This document shows positions 38,505 through 51,517 of a stretch of DNA of 64,000 nt, piece by piece (position 1 is the stretch's first letter; each line of letters begins with the position of its first letter). The position numbers were made by a program, and so were the translations under genes. The stretch comes from Lottia gigantea (lineage: Eukaryota), in the NCBI RefSeq assembly GCF_000327385.1, contig NW_008709380.1:1401552-1465551 (forward strand), read 5' to 3'. Below the pieces are notes generated by a model, which saw only the letters and a program-made list of their open reading frames with translations, was not told the origin of the DNA and ran no database searches.

Positions 38505-38562
38505 GACGAACGGGCATGTGTGACGCTATACCCCCCCCCCCCCCACTCTCCATTTCATGAGT
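38505..38562. repeat. C-rich repeat module (GCATGTGTGACGCTATA-C14-ACTCTCCATTTCATGAG), homologous to 3191-3250.
   Basis: See the alignment under feature 3191-3250. It contains a C14 run at 38531-38544. Confidence 0.4.
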
Positions 38563-38578
38563 CGAGTACTACACTATC

Positions 38579-38602
38579 AATATATATATATATATATATA
38601 TA
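38579..38602. repeat. (AT)12 microsatellite.
   Basis: Directly visible. Confidence 0.9.
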
Positions 38603-40254
38603 CGCAATATCAGGAAATGGAATGGAAATGGGGGACGTTGAGAATGTAACAATTTGAAGTATTTTACACAATACAGACTCCAATTGAGGTGATATAAATA
38701 TTAGACTGGCTATTCAAAGCATCTTATTAATTTGTCGCAGTCGATATGGGGCAAACTGGTATCAAGAAAATGACAGACTGCTACCACCTGCAAATATCCG
38801 GAAGGTCTAAAATGACTACTGTCCATAAAACCGACAAGATCAAGTTTTTACGAGAACTAATCAACTGATGGCAAATGTACTTGTTCTGTGATTCATCTTG
38901 ATGTCGACAGTTACTAGAAGACGTTAAAACTCCAGTTGCTTTAAACTTCTACCGGTTTGGTGCAGGAGGTGGATCGGAGCCAACATACCGCCCGTTCTCC
39001 CCCTTTACCGTTAAATAATGAGAAAGAGGAAAATCCATACCATTACGACATTTATCAATACAGCTGTCGATACTGAGTTAAAATTTAACATTCGTTAATT
39101 TGATCACAATTTGAACCGTTCTATACTTTTCATCAATGTTTCATAAAACCGCATCCTCCAAACTCACCGTTGATGCTTAAGCACGTTCATAACGTTCAAC
39201 GAGGTCATTTTGTAATATGAACATCATATGAGAAGAGCATTCCAATTGATTTAATTTTTATTAAATTATTACACAAACGCCGGTGGCTGACTGTCTGAAG
39301 ACAGAATCAGTTTGACATAAGTTTCAAAGAATCTTAACGGAACCGTCCCCATCGACCTGATATCATATGGAGAAATGCATGGTAACATATGTCAACAGCT
39401 CAGGCCGACGATAAGAACCTAATTTTTTAAAGTAGATCATACGCAACGGATGACAACTGTGGTTTTTCAGTCGTCGGTGCTCCTGGGTCTCGAATATCTC
39501 CAGACCTTGCAAGTTGTCAGCAGTCGTTGAAAACCCGTTTGTTTGATTCCGCCGCTCGCATGGTCTATTTATATCATTTTTCAGAAATAAAATTCGAAAT
39601 GTGGTTTCCATACAATTAAGCTGATTTAGATTCTTGTAACTTCCAACATCTGAGGAAGAAGGTCAACTTCATGCTGCGACCCGACAGTCCGGAGGTAATT
39701 TTTAGTAGAACGATGAGAGAACCAAATGTCCGATTGTGGTTCTGAAAAGTTAAACGGGTTTAAGAGATTGAGCCTTACCAGAATATACAGTAAATATTTA
39801 GACAAATGAATCTGTTTTAGCTGTAATCATATGGAACAAGTCCCGATGTTGTAAAGAAAAAAAGATCTTAAGATACTGTATTTTATTGGATATGTTTTCG
39901 TGTCCCATTGGCCTCCTGACAAGATATTGTACTTCTGAAGCGAAGTTAACTATTCCAACCACTTTGTATTTTTTCAACAATAGGAGAACAAAAGACTACC
40001 ATAAATAAATGATCATGCAGGGAATTTTGAAATAAAAACAAGGACGCCCTTCAAGGAACAAGGGAAATGACAGTCTCGTAATATACTGAATAATATATTT
40101 GAAAATTAGACGAAACGTCCTGAAAATGTTTCTCTTGTCCAAGCGATATTATGGAGCATCTACTGAAAAAGTCTAGCTGTCGGTCGTCCTTATTTTGCCA
40201 ACACCCCATTCCATAGACCCAGCTGGAGAAAAACACACGTACATTTTTATTGAT

Positions 40255-40495
40255 GTACCTTCCAATTGTTTTAACTGTGTACTGTGGAATAACTGTGTAG
40301 TTTTGAGAAATATCTGTGTAATTTTGAGGACAACTGTGCACTTTTCAGTAACTCTATATGTACTTCTGTTTAATTGAAGGAAATCTAAGTATATTTGAGA
40401 AAAATATAATTTGGAGAGCGTCTGTGTACATCCGTGTAATTTTCTGTTATTCTATAATTTTGAGGAAATCTGTATATAATCACCTATCACAGACA
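40255..40495. repeat. Degenerate ~20-25 bp tandem repeat (CTGTGTAATTTTGAGGAMA-like units).
   Basis: Recurring CTGTGTA.TTTTGAG, CTATAATTTTGAGGAAAT and CTGTGTACATCCGTGTAATTTTCTG blocks are visible by eye. ORFs 40051-40341 and 40195-40377 overlap it and are probably spurious. Confidence 0.5.
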
Positions 40496-43400
40496 TTCAT
40501 ATTAATTCCTGTAAATAATTATAGTACCTGATGATTTTATCTCCTTATTATCGTGTTCAAGGTTGGAATAGATCAGTTGACTTTTATAATGAACACAATT
40601 TCTGACTTGAGAAGTACAGATATTATTAGAATTACCGATTGTTTCTATTTGTACACATTTGTCGAGGACAAGGGTAACCATTAAAATCTTTATCTCTAAC
40701 ACCTTTTTGCTGTCAAGGCTGCCTATTCTTGAAACAATAAAAGATTATTTCTAGAATACGTGGCAAGGTATTGTATTGTCACAAAGCTTTTGACTAGTAA
40801 ATGTATCTTTAATTCAATTCTACAAAGACTGGTAATTCATTGTCACAATTGCCAATAGAAAATTAAATCGTTTAGAAGGCCAAAAAATGCCTTAATATCT
40901 AGGAAATGATTAAATGAAACATGGTTATTATAAAAAGAAAATTATGTGATTCTATATTTAATATGAAAAATTGATGGAAGTACAGAATTCACTTTTTATA
41001 TCTATTTATTTCATATTTTTAATAGGAAAATGATGAGTGTGTCACGGAAGTTAATACGAATGGAAATTCCTTTCGGAAATTAAAACGCCTTTTTATAAAA
41101 CAAAACGAATATTTAACTTACAGAAAAAAATACATTATGTGTTATTGTAATGATTATTATATAAATAGAACAAAACCATTGATGCGCTTAAGATGATTTA
41201 AAATAATAGTGGCGTTGCAAATCATTGCTTGTAAAAACAGACTTAAATATCAAAATATTGTTTCTTTTCCGAGTAAGGAACCAATTTTATGTCTGAGTTA
41301 CGTGCAAGATGTTTTTATTTTTCGACCGAATGCTAAGATAAACAAGCGTTTGTATTTATGATTTGTTGGTCTAAATGTCCAGCAAATGCCATGGCAGAAC
41401 TCATCGAATCAGAATCATAAGAATGTCAGTCAGTGCAGCTAAAATCCCAATAACATGTGGTAAACTAATAACGGTATTGCGTGACACAAATACTGTTTTA
41501 ACTTTATATCGCAATTGTATTTGTTAAGAAACTGAGAATTGAATTGTGACACGCAACCTATTGGTACTGACTATTATCCCACTCTATTACATTTGATTTA
41601 ATTTAGAAATCAACCTTTCAACAACTGTATACTTTTTCAATCGACGATGTACGGTTAGCTGCTTGTTAGATATTTGGAATATTATTGGTGAGATGACGAA
41701 AACTATGCAATAATACTTTTCGGTGCTCCAACCCTCTTTCTCATCTAATGATGCTACTTTTTAACTTATTTTTGATGACCTTGTATAAGTCATCTTCACT
41801 CAAAACTAGCATTAACAGTTTCTGTCGAAATTTGATTCATCGATATATCAAGTTGCACAGTCGAGTCGACGATTGAAAAACTCACAGAGGCCGTCAGTTA
41901 CATGTCGACCGCGACAGATCTGAGGATGCTATCAATAAAACTTATCCCCAAGAATAATGATACCAAGGTAGGATATATTTTAGGATCCATTAACAGTTTA
42001 CTAAACTAATTCACGTGCTCTTGATGATATCTCGCAATACCGTTAATGATGCAAATACTAATTAATGATCTCGCTAACAATTAACGATATAATTTTTAAA
42101 CTTTTAATGAAGGAAAATTCATAAATTTAAATCTAGACTGAGTATCAGTACATTTTAAATATTACGCACATGAATCTAACTGTTGAACTAAAATAGATCC
42201 TTACGTAAGTTTCTTTGGTTTGTTCTTATTTCTTTTTCAAAAAATCCCGTCGACTTCGTACCATCACAGTCACAGATGTAGACAAATATTTTGATATAAA
42301 TGAGGTTTAAGCGGGGCATTGGGCCACACCAGCAGCCTGGTAAATGAAATAATATTGAAAAAGCAGCTGAAATTATACAACACCTGTTAAAAAGAATGAA
42401 TAATATATTATATATTATCGATGTAGGTTAATGCAGTTTTTATGCCTTTTTACCTAAATCTACATAGTTTACTTCAGGTCAGACAGGATAATTGGACCAT
42501 AATATCATCTTTCAGAATGGTGGTGGAAAATTTGATGGTGAATACCAATCCTAAATTAGAAATCGATTGACCACTACTACAGTGTTAAAAGAAGTAGGAC
42601 GATGGTATTAAGAACGTGATTGTAGAGGTATATTTACGTGATGTAATTATATATTACTCAATACAATCTATCATCAATCAATTTACTCTAAATTACATTA
42701 AATTATTCCCTTTTTATAAGTTGATGTTAACCTATTCTGTAGCCTGCATTATTTAGTCAAGATGTTGAAGAGACCAATTGAGGGAATTATTCAACACGAT
42801 CTTCGACCCGAAGATCAACAAAGACTTACAGTAAGTAGTCTGTTATCCACAATATTATACAAGATTGGAATATTGTATTAATTGTTAAGTAAAGATAATG
42901 TTACGTGTGTAATTTGTTATTATTAGATTATACGAGAATGTAATGATATCAAAATGACACGCATTATACACATAAACCAAATAGTATATTATCTGTTTTA
43001 TGTTAACAGACTAAGTTTTAACGATCTAAGTCAATTTTTAGCAACGATTCGCCAACCAGCACAATATTAGTTCATACTATCAACTAGTTCACCATAATAA
43101 AATATAAATAACCAAGGTACATGAATTCTATCTTTCTACATAAAATCAAATAAAGTTGCAACAGATCAGACACGAGAAAAAAGTGGTAAACAAATACAAA
43201 GTTTGTGGTTTAAAATTTTCACAGCATCGAATTTAAAAACCTTTTTAACCTTTTCAAATACATGCTTCATTGATTCCTCTTTGTTAGTCTTTAGATAAAT
43301 TTATATAGAGAGTGGGCTATGTATTCTGATCTCAACTTCAATAACCACGGGCTGAAACACCGCCTATCTGTTGAAAAGAGTATCTGAACACCGCTTAGTA

Positions 43401-44307
43401 ACTTTAACATAAAGGTTTTATTGCTATGAGAGATGTCTGAACACACAATTAGAACAACTGTAATAGACAATTAGAACAACCTTAACAGACAAAATGGTTT
43501 ACTGAAAATAAACCTTGATAGATATCGTTGGTGTTTATTTTAATTGACTGATTCCAGACTGATATTCAAATATTTCAACTTCTGTGATAAAAATAATAGC
43601 ATGTTGACATGGTTTGTCTGAAGAATGGTTTATTGATTTAAATGGTTCTGGAACTGGATGGAATCAGATAGTAATTTCGTCTACTGATTTTAAATTGAAA
43701 ACCCATTTTAAACAACACCGTTACAAAGCTATTTTCTTAACCAGGGATGCGGAAAAAAGGCAAAGTTTTAGAAATGACGGCATGAAATAGTAAATTGTAG
43801 TAGACATAATAAAAGTAAATCAGGCACTAGGACCACCAAAACGTTCTCATTCTCAGATTTCCTTAGTTCATTACGCCACATGCATCAAGAAAAAGTAAAT
43901 TTTGAAGATTAATGTGGTAATGCCAGAAATATTGTGCTCTAAAGAATAAATTAATTCATTTTTTGATACAACCTGTTCTGCACACGGCTTCAAATTTGAG
44001 TAATACTCAGCTAAGTATGAAAAAAAGCTTTATGGCCTCGGGCAAGATACATAGAGGTAAAAACAAAATGCTGTCACGAGGGCTTTACCTAAGTAGCCAA
44101 ATTTTTCGATTTTTTACTGTTTAGAAATGATGGTATCATAGTTCATCATAAATTATATTAAATACACATGTATAGTACACCAGATACATACCAGTATAAC
44201 AGATAATAAAACTGTGGAAACTATAGAGATTGCTTGCAAGATACCAACACAACCACCATAAAGACTCTCGGTATATCAAATCAGAAGTACTTATCGTTGG
44301 TGTTGAT

Positions 44308-44391
44308 AATTGGTGTTCGGATTAAACCTAAAATGACATATTTTATCATGCTATTGATCAACTATGGAAAGCATAAATTGCGAAGGCGATT
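44308..44391. repeat. Left arm of an ~84 bp inverted repeat (TAATTGGTGTTCGGATTAAACCTAAAATGACATATTTTATCATGCTATTGATCAACTATGG...CATAAATTGCGAAGGCGATT).
   Basis: The reverse complement of 46295-46379 matches this arm at about 80 of 84 positions by eye. Confidence 0.7.
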
Positions 44392-46294
44392 CCCACAGAG
44401 TAATGACGACATTAAACAGAGTAATCATAGTTGTCATATGGCTTAATTCGCGATAAATGGCTTGCACCAGAATCTAAATGATTAACACTAGGCAGAATAA
44501 TCGATGCAGTAGCACAAGAGGATGTACATGTTCCACTCTGTACCCCCAACCTCTCTGTATAGTTGGATTTAATCACCACTGAATCCTGCACGAACCTGTA
44601 AGCGAAACCGGAAATATCACTTTGACATAATTGTTGCCATTGTGGATTATTTAAGCATAAACAGACGAACTAATGGATCCGATGTGTTTTTTTTTGAAAA
44701 AAAAAAAAGTTACCTCAACCACAAGACTTTTCAATTACTGCCATACTGTTTCAGATGAAGGCTTAATAAACTCTATTATTATCTAATCAATAATTATATT
44801 AAATTAAAAAAAATAAATAAAAAAACACACGAGAAATAACAATTTAAAAAACAATCCTAAGAACTATCGGCAATCCTCGACAGTTTCCGTAAAGCTGAAT
44901 CTTAGTCGGCGAGACTCTTTACTCTCGGCATTTCACATTCATGGTTTAAGAGATAGTTATGTTGCAACCCGAATATAGTTCCTAGCCTATAGCTTTCAGT
45001 GGATAATTCTGACACTAAATTAAGCATTACATATTTTGTTGTGACTATCAGTTTACCAATTATACCGTCTACAATTATTCTATCCTACGAATTTTGGGTT
45101 GTTTTTTTTGTCTCTGTTTACAAACACTTGTGGTCTTGAACCAGCTTCTAAAAATTATATTACCAGAATCATTTGAACAATGTTCAATTATATTTTATAA
45201 TGGTTGTCATACTTTATCTTGCAACTTTCATTTGGAACTGTATTTGATTAGTTAACTTCATTTGCCAATCACCTGTTTGTTCTGCAATAGGCAAAGTGTA
45301 TTCAGAAATACTCGATTCCATTGATGTAACTTCTAGACCATTTATCATTCCGGTAGAAATTGGTTTCCTTTTGTTAAAATAGCAAGAATTCAGTCGCCAA
45401 GCTATTATGATTGAACACAAATAATATCAATCATAATTCCGAATCTTAGATCCTGATTACTTTAAACTGCTCAAAGGAAAGTAAAGTTTGTTGAATGTAA
45501 TAAACAAATGTGTCACCTTTGTAAATCCTTTCTCAAAGAACAAAGTCTTGTGAAAGAGGATCAACAATCTTTTCTCTTCTTTGTATATGTATCAGGGGTA
45601 CTTATAGCTTAAGTAACATTTCGATTTTCTGTCCGCTGTTAAAAAAATTCACAATCGCTAAAAGCTCTCAAGGAAACCATTGAATTCATCATCTAGTAAA
45701 GTTATATAGAATTATATAAATCGTGCAGATTTGACACACATGTGGAAAGGTGCAGGGAGAAACTATCTATGTCCCGAACAAATCAAGAAAACCTGTATTA
45801 GATCACTTTAAAAACAGTAAGCTTTTCTACTTTGTGTCGAAATCAATTAAAACCCCGAGTCTGGAGCCGTGAATTGTTCTGGATAGCTTACCACAGTGAC
45901 TGAGGTATTAACTATGACTAATATGTTCTTGTCTCAATGACCTACTTGTAAAAGTAGGATTTTTTAGTTCTTCTTGCTGAGAAATCGAACAAAATTGCTT
46001 CAGTTCATATGTACAGTATCTGGTCAAATGATATATAATATGGTTCATTTAATTTTATTATTTTCATGAACTTTATTAATACCAGTAGCCGTATAATCAC
46101 TGTGTTGGTATCATGCAATCTCTAAAGTGTTTGTTAGACTATCTGATGTACTATTTGTTTAATATAAATCAATTACGGATCACTATCAAATCAGCGAATC
46201 AAAGTACTAACTACCCGAACCGCAAAATGAAATCCAACACATTTTGGTGAATCATTGGTAGCAGCTAATGAACTTTTCACATGAGGAAGGTGAC

Positions 46295-46379
46295 AATCGC
46301 CTTCGCAATTTATGGTTACCATAGTTGATCAATAGCATGATAAAATATGTCATTTTAGGTTTGATCCGAACACCAATTA
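46295..46379. repeat. Right arm of the ~84 bp inverted repeat. It pairs with 44308-44391, about 1.9 kb away.
   Basis: AATCGCCTTCGCAATTTATGGTTACCATAGTTGATCAATAGCATGATAAAATATGTCATTTTAGGTTTGATCCGAACACCAATTA is the reverse complement of the left arm, with about 4 mismatches. Confidence 0.7.
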
Positions 46380-47939
46380 CCTTTTCAATCATAAATGAGA
46401 AAATATTTCATAATGAAAAGTGGTATCAGGTGTCTAGAACACTAAGCCTACCCTGCCTGACGCCACGCCCGTCATAGCTGCACAACAAGTCGGAAACAGC
46501 GACTTAACCGTCGAATTAAAAAAATTCAAGGGAAACTAATGTAAACACAATTCTCCAATTTAGTCAAGGGATGGAACTGATCGCAATAATTTTATTATTT
46601 ATCTGAGAAAAAGACATACATGTATAACCTCACCTTGAACTACATAAATCACTAGTTGTCATTTTCGGTTCCTTTTCAGATGAAGCAGAAAATTACACGA
46701 TCATTATTACAATGTTAAAACAAGTCATCTTTACAAAACTCTCTATAACTACGTGCATGGATGCAGATAAACCGTGAGTGGACTAAGATGATATTTGTAT
46801 TAATTTGAAATACAATATTCTTGTCGTGCTCGGAATCTAGTTTGATATTCGACAACTTCCGACACGTGAAACAGTATTCAGTTTTTAAGGCAGGTGTTTT
46901 TAAGATTAATTATGTGTGTTCTCGCAGCAGAATGTCTTTCTGACCCACTGATTCTTAGAGAATCTTACAAATGTTTTTTTTTGATTGGATATCGAGATTT
47001 TTGTAGAAAGAGTATTGGTTGAAATTGTGATTCGTGAGACATAAAAACACATTAATCTAATGAAATAAATAGACATAGTAGAGATGAGGTGAATAAGTCA
47101 GAAAACAATTAAATTTCAAGAAGAAGGCAACTGACTCGTTTACATGAAATTAGCTTCATCAGCTACAAGTTTCAAGTAAGGTTGTGTTATAGCCTGCAAG
47201 ACAGAAATTCCAATTATATGATATGGCAGTGGCATACAAATTCCATGGAATTAAAATCACATTGCAACTGTCTAATGTTATAGTACTTGTTAACCTTATT
47301 ATACCAGGCATTGTCTATATTTTACTTTGAGGTGTTAATTGGATTAATTACATACACTGGAGTAGCCCGACCAATCCGTTCCTTGGACGTTATTTACGGA
47401 AATCGGCACATTAAAAGCCAGGCATAAAATGTCAGTGGTTCAGCTTTGTATAGATACCCTACTTTCTGCGATAAGTACCGAAAACCCATCCGTATAACAC
47501 GTCCGAGGGCCTGATTTGTAGCGCTTATCACGGAGCCACGTGAGCGAAAATGTTACCAGTAACCAGAAGTTGAAAAACCAGTTATTCTTTTTTTTCACTC
47601 GCTAAGTTGGCCTGTGGCATCTTTTATACGCCGAAAAGAAAATTTAGAAAACATGATTGAAAAAAATTCTTCTTGAATTGAGGAAGTATCTTTTGGAAGA
47701 TAAATTTAATGTATTATGGTAATTGTGGATACTCAATAGGTCACAATGGCCAGACAAATCATGGAATTGGTTATTAAAATAAAAACCGGTAAATGATTTT
47801 GTATCAGCTTCGTCATCATTAGCAGTATAATAGAGACTTTGTGGATTATTTATTTATTGTTATCAGATAGAATACCAGAACACATTCATATTTTATAGTC
47901 AATAAATCATAGTCATATCTCTTAGACTGATCACTTCCT

Positions 47940-48450
47940 TTACTTGTCAATATCTCATCTTACTAGTTCATCAGTTGTGTCATCAGATACGTCATGTCTG
48001 AAAGGAAATCTCCTTCTTGACTAGCAAGCAGCCAATGACCACCAATTTAAAGAGAGTTAGACGTTTAGCCTAATTAAAATTATTCCTTAACTAGAGTCGT
48101 TGAGTAAAAATAAAAGATACCGTACTGAAGAACATGATCATACTAGTTTATCATCAATATCATAAGGTATATCTGGAAGGAAATACCCTTTTCGTAGATG
48201 TTCAGTCTATCGTTACGTATTTACATTAGAAGTTGTTAGCCTGTTAGTGGAATGGTTGAGTAAAAAAAAACCTTCTAAGAATACGGAAAGAGAGTTTGGT
48301 CTAATTTAATCATTCTAGTTCCTGAGCTATGCCATCAGATAAGCCATGTCTGGTAGAAAATCCCCTTCTTCACTAGCAACAAAATTATTAACCAGGAACT
48401 TTGTTAGCCCTTAACTTTAGTTGATAAGTGAAAATAAACGCTAATAAACA
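47940..48450. repeat. Degenerate tandem repeat with a ~170 bp unit, about 3 copies (…TCATCAGATACGTCATGTCTGAAAGGAAATCTCCTTCTTGACTAGCAA…TTGAGTAAAAATAAA…).
   Basis: Recurring CATCAGATA.G.CATGTCTG.(A/T)AG(G)AAAT.(C)CCTT...ACTAGCAA and GTTGAGTAAAAA blocks appear at about 47980, 48160 and 48330 by eye. Confidence 0.5.
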
Positions 48451-50526
48451 TACACTAGTCGTCTCTATGTTCAAATTTTGCATCCGATAAAATGCAGCTT
48501 GACTTTCTGTTGTTGAATTAAACATTGATGTGCAATTGTTTTAAAAAATACTGATATACATTAGTGATTAAATGGAAACAATTGAGTTTCTTTTTTTTCC
48601 TCGGTTAACATTTCTCCCCTGATAGTAGAATAGTCTACAAAGAACTGATTGAATCTAAGTGAGGTCCCCTTAGTAGGTCACACCACCTACAGCCACATGT
48701 AGGTGAAATTAATGTACGTCTATCCATCTACCACATTTCTCGAGAGAGAATCTTTTAATTTTAAAAAAGTATGTAAAAAAATCTGCAATTTGAGGGTTAA
48801 ATTTGGAATAAAAATTAAGTGCAGTACTTTGATAATAATCCAGCTATAGTTTTGAAACTTCTTCTTATAATACCATATACAATCAAAAGATGTATCTCTT
48901 TTATAATTAGAGAATCAATGGTTGTTGTTGGTACTGATCTGGATGAGCGTGTAGAAGTCTATAGTGACCTTAAATAAGCCAGCTTTCCTTCTTATTTCAG
49001 TCAGCCAAGCTATAACGAGTGCAGATTATCCAGATTTTGACAACGGCCATTCTGTACAAGAATCCTCATGAACCTTTGAGACGTTACCTTTGTAAAAAAT
49101 GGTTTCTTGTTTCTTGCTTGGAATACAAGTGACTTAATAACAGGAATTTTATATATTAGTATAAGAATCTGTATGAACCTAAAATACCTATTGGAAGTTC
49201 TTTTCATGTTACAGTGGATCGGACCAATGATTCACCAAGTTTTTCCAATGAATGATATAATTTGATTAAATGACCTCACAGTAACAATTACTGTCACGAA
49301 CAGTTTCTTTTCCAGCCGAACCTTATTTAAAACAGTCACATAGATTCCATTTCTTAGATTACAATCCGACACTAGTCAAGCTCCCAATTAATCAGAAACG
49401 TGTCAAACAGTATTGGACGGTTTTCAAATGTTATTTGGGTCAATTACTTTCTTGTCAAACCACAAATGTGTATGATACTTTTTAACGCTCGATGTCTTGA
49501 TAGTAAATTAAAACTGACTAAAACACCGGAGCACAATGGATAAATGCTAGACTGTGTGATTTATTCCAAGTTACTAATACTAGGATAGCGATTCCCTTAC
49601 CCCTAATGGGCATAGCCTATCGAACACGGTGTAGAGGTTTATTGTTTCGAAAAGGTAGACGTCCATTTAAGCATTTCCACCGATATAATTTAGGGAAACG
49701 GTCAATAAGTTTTTCATGTATGTATTTGAACAAGTCAATATTCAGTCCCGATTTGAATATTGTAATGTGGTAACTTTCAGTAACCGACCATAAAAATCCA
49801 CATTTTTGTCTATTTTGATTTAGTGTGTGTACGAAAGCTCTGGATAAAATTAAAGTAATATTTTACTATGAGTTACCTCCCATATTTATTTTATTTTCTC
49901 TCCGCGTATACTTTACTTGAAAGGAATGAATGGCCTTCTTATTAATGTTTAATGAATAGCTAGGATATTCTAAATGGGTGTGGGAGGATGTGATAATAAA
50001 AGAATTGTAATGAAGATTGAGATCATATTTATTTCAATCTGCTTAGCACTCCGTCTTTAGCCAATACGTGGGATGTTTCTATCTTGTATGGCCATCATAT
50101 AAGATAAGTTCATTACGCGATGAAAGTGTGTGATTTTACTTATTGTATAGATAGACAAAAATGTGTGAAATTCAATGTTTATTTATTAATGGAAATGTCA
50201 CTTTTATTTACAACAAAAATATATATCTGTATGAAAGTTAATCATAGTATTGTATATTGTCGAAAGGGTTACAATGGTCACATATTTTGGTTTAGCAGCT
50301 AATATAGCCTAATATGTAATGCCAATGGCACGTTTCAGATTAGAAACCCCCCTTGAACACATAATGATTTAGAGCAGTGTCAAATCTTTTCAATTTGAAA
50401 TTACATTCAATTGTATCCTGAAACAAAACTATGAATACTACGACCGAAAATACAGTTAAAGAAGCCTAATAAACACACATACACCACATAAATATGGTAC
50501 CATTTGTCAAAACATTATTTTGTGTT

Positions 50527-51173
50527 TTAGTCTGTCTTATCAACATCTACCGCATTTTGGGGAGTTTCTTCAATATTCACACTTTCATTGGTTTGACCAA
50601 TATCATTTCCATCGTTATTCACTGAATCATTCAAGCTTTCACTTTCGTCTCCGACGTGTTCTTCGGATTCATTTTTTACCTTTTTTCTTTTCTTTCCTAC
50701 TTTATTCGCTAAATCGTCTTCACCCGTATCAACAACGGTTACTTCCATTTTCTTGGCATATCTTAACCCCTTTTCTTCGGGATTGTCCGTAGTATTAACA
50801 TCATTCTGGTTCATATTTGTTCCAGTAGTCACAGAATTAACCTTATTGTCTGTATCCGTTTCAATCCCGTCCGTTTTCCTTATAACAGTTCCTTCTGCCT
50901 CACTGACTTGCTGATCGCCTTTCTTTTCGATGTTATCAACTGAATTATCAAAGTTGTTAATTTTCCTTTCAAGTTGGTTTTCAGCATTTTCCTCCGCTTC
51001 ATTCAAATTATTTTCTGCGTTACTCGCTTTCCGCTCTTTTTTGGACAGCGTCTGACTGAAATCATCTCTAAAAGTTTCACCAACGCTGTCATTATTGGCC
51101 TCGTTTTCCATTGTGTTTGTCTCCGTATTAATTTGATTCTCGGTCCTGTCATCATCTTTGTTGATTGTCATCC
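50527..51173 (-). CDS. Acidic disordered protein gene, main exon. It is 214 codons, rich in Asn, Asp, Glu, Thr and Lys, with one basic cluster (KVGKKRKKVK). The stop is at 50527-50529.
   Basis: A 645 nt stop-free frame in about 65% AT DNA is very unlikely by chance (rough estimate 1e-3 per window). The coding strand is strongly purine-rich. The exon is preceded by a pyrimidine-rich acceptor ttatttattcag|GG. The composition is low-complexity but non-repetitive. Confidence 0.6.
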
Positions 51174-51480
51174 CTGAATAAATAATTGATTCATTACAAT
51201 ATGTCTTATGGAAATATAATCATTGTTCCGGACCGCATACAATATCATTTGTTTGTGATATTACGAACAAAGCAATGTTACTCATATTAGAATCTTTCGC
51301 GATAAAGATAGTTTATGATGTTTTGTTCTTGAATAACAAGATATAAATCAAACTAGAATGGAAAGTACAGAAATGTGAATTGAACTTTATGGCATCAGTT
51401 TTTATTCAGCTTAAATTTAAAACATGGCGATTTGTGCAGAGGTGGTGATGACATATTCGTATACTCAATCTTTTACCTAC

Positions 51481-51517
51481 CTTCCCCAGATCTTGACTTG
51501 GATGAAGCACTCCCCAT
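51481..51517 (-). CDS. Acidic disordered protein gene, first coding exon (MGSASSKSRSGE + 1 nt). It has the N-myristoylation-type motif MGxxxS and a good Kozak context (accagcATGG).
   Basis: On the minus strand, ATG GGG AGT GCT TCA TCC AAG TCA AGA TCT GGG GAA G is followed by the canonical donor GTAGGTAAAA. The single extra nucleotide plus the first two of exon 2 (GG) make GGG, exactly in phase with the 214-codon ORF. Confidence 0.5.

Noticed and set aside
50520-50792. A 90 aa plus-strand ORF (His/Phe/Leu-rich) and a 67 aa ORF at 50974-51177.
   Set aside because: They are antisense shadows of the purine-rich acidic-protein exon. A pyrimidine-rich antisense strand naturally lacks stop codons.
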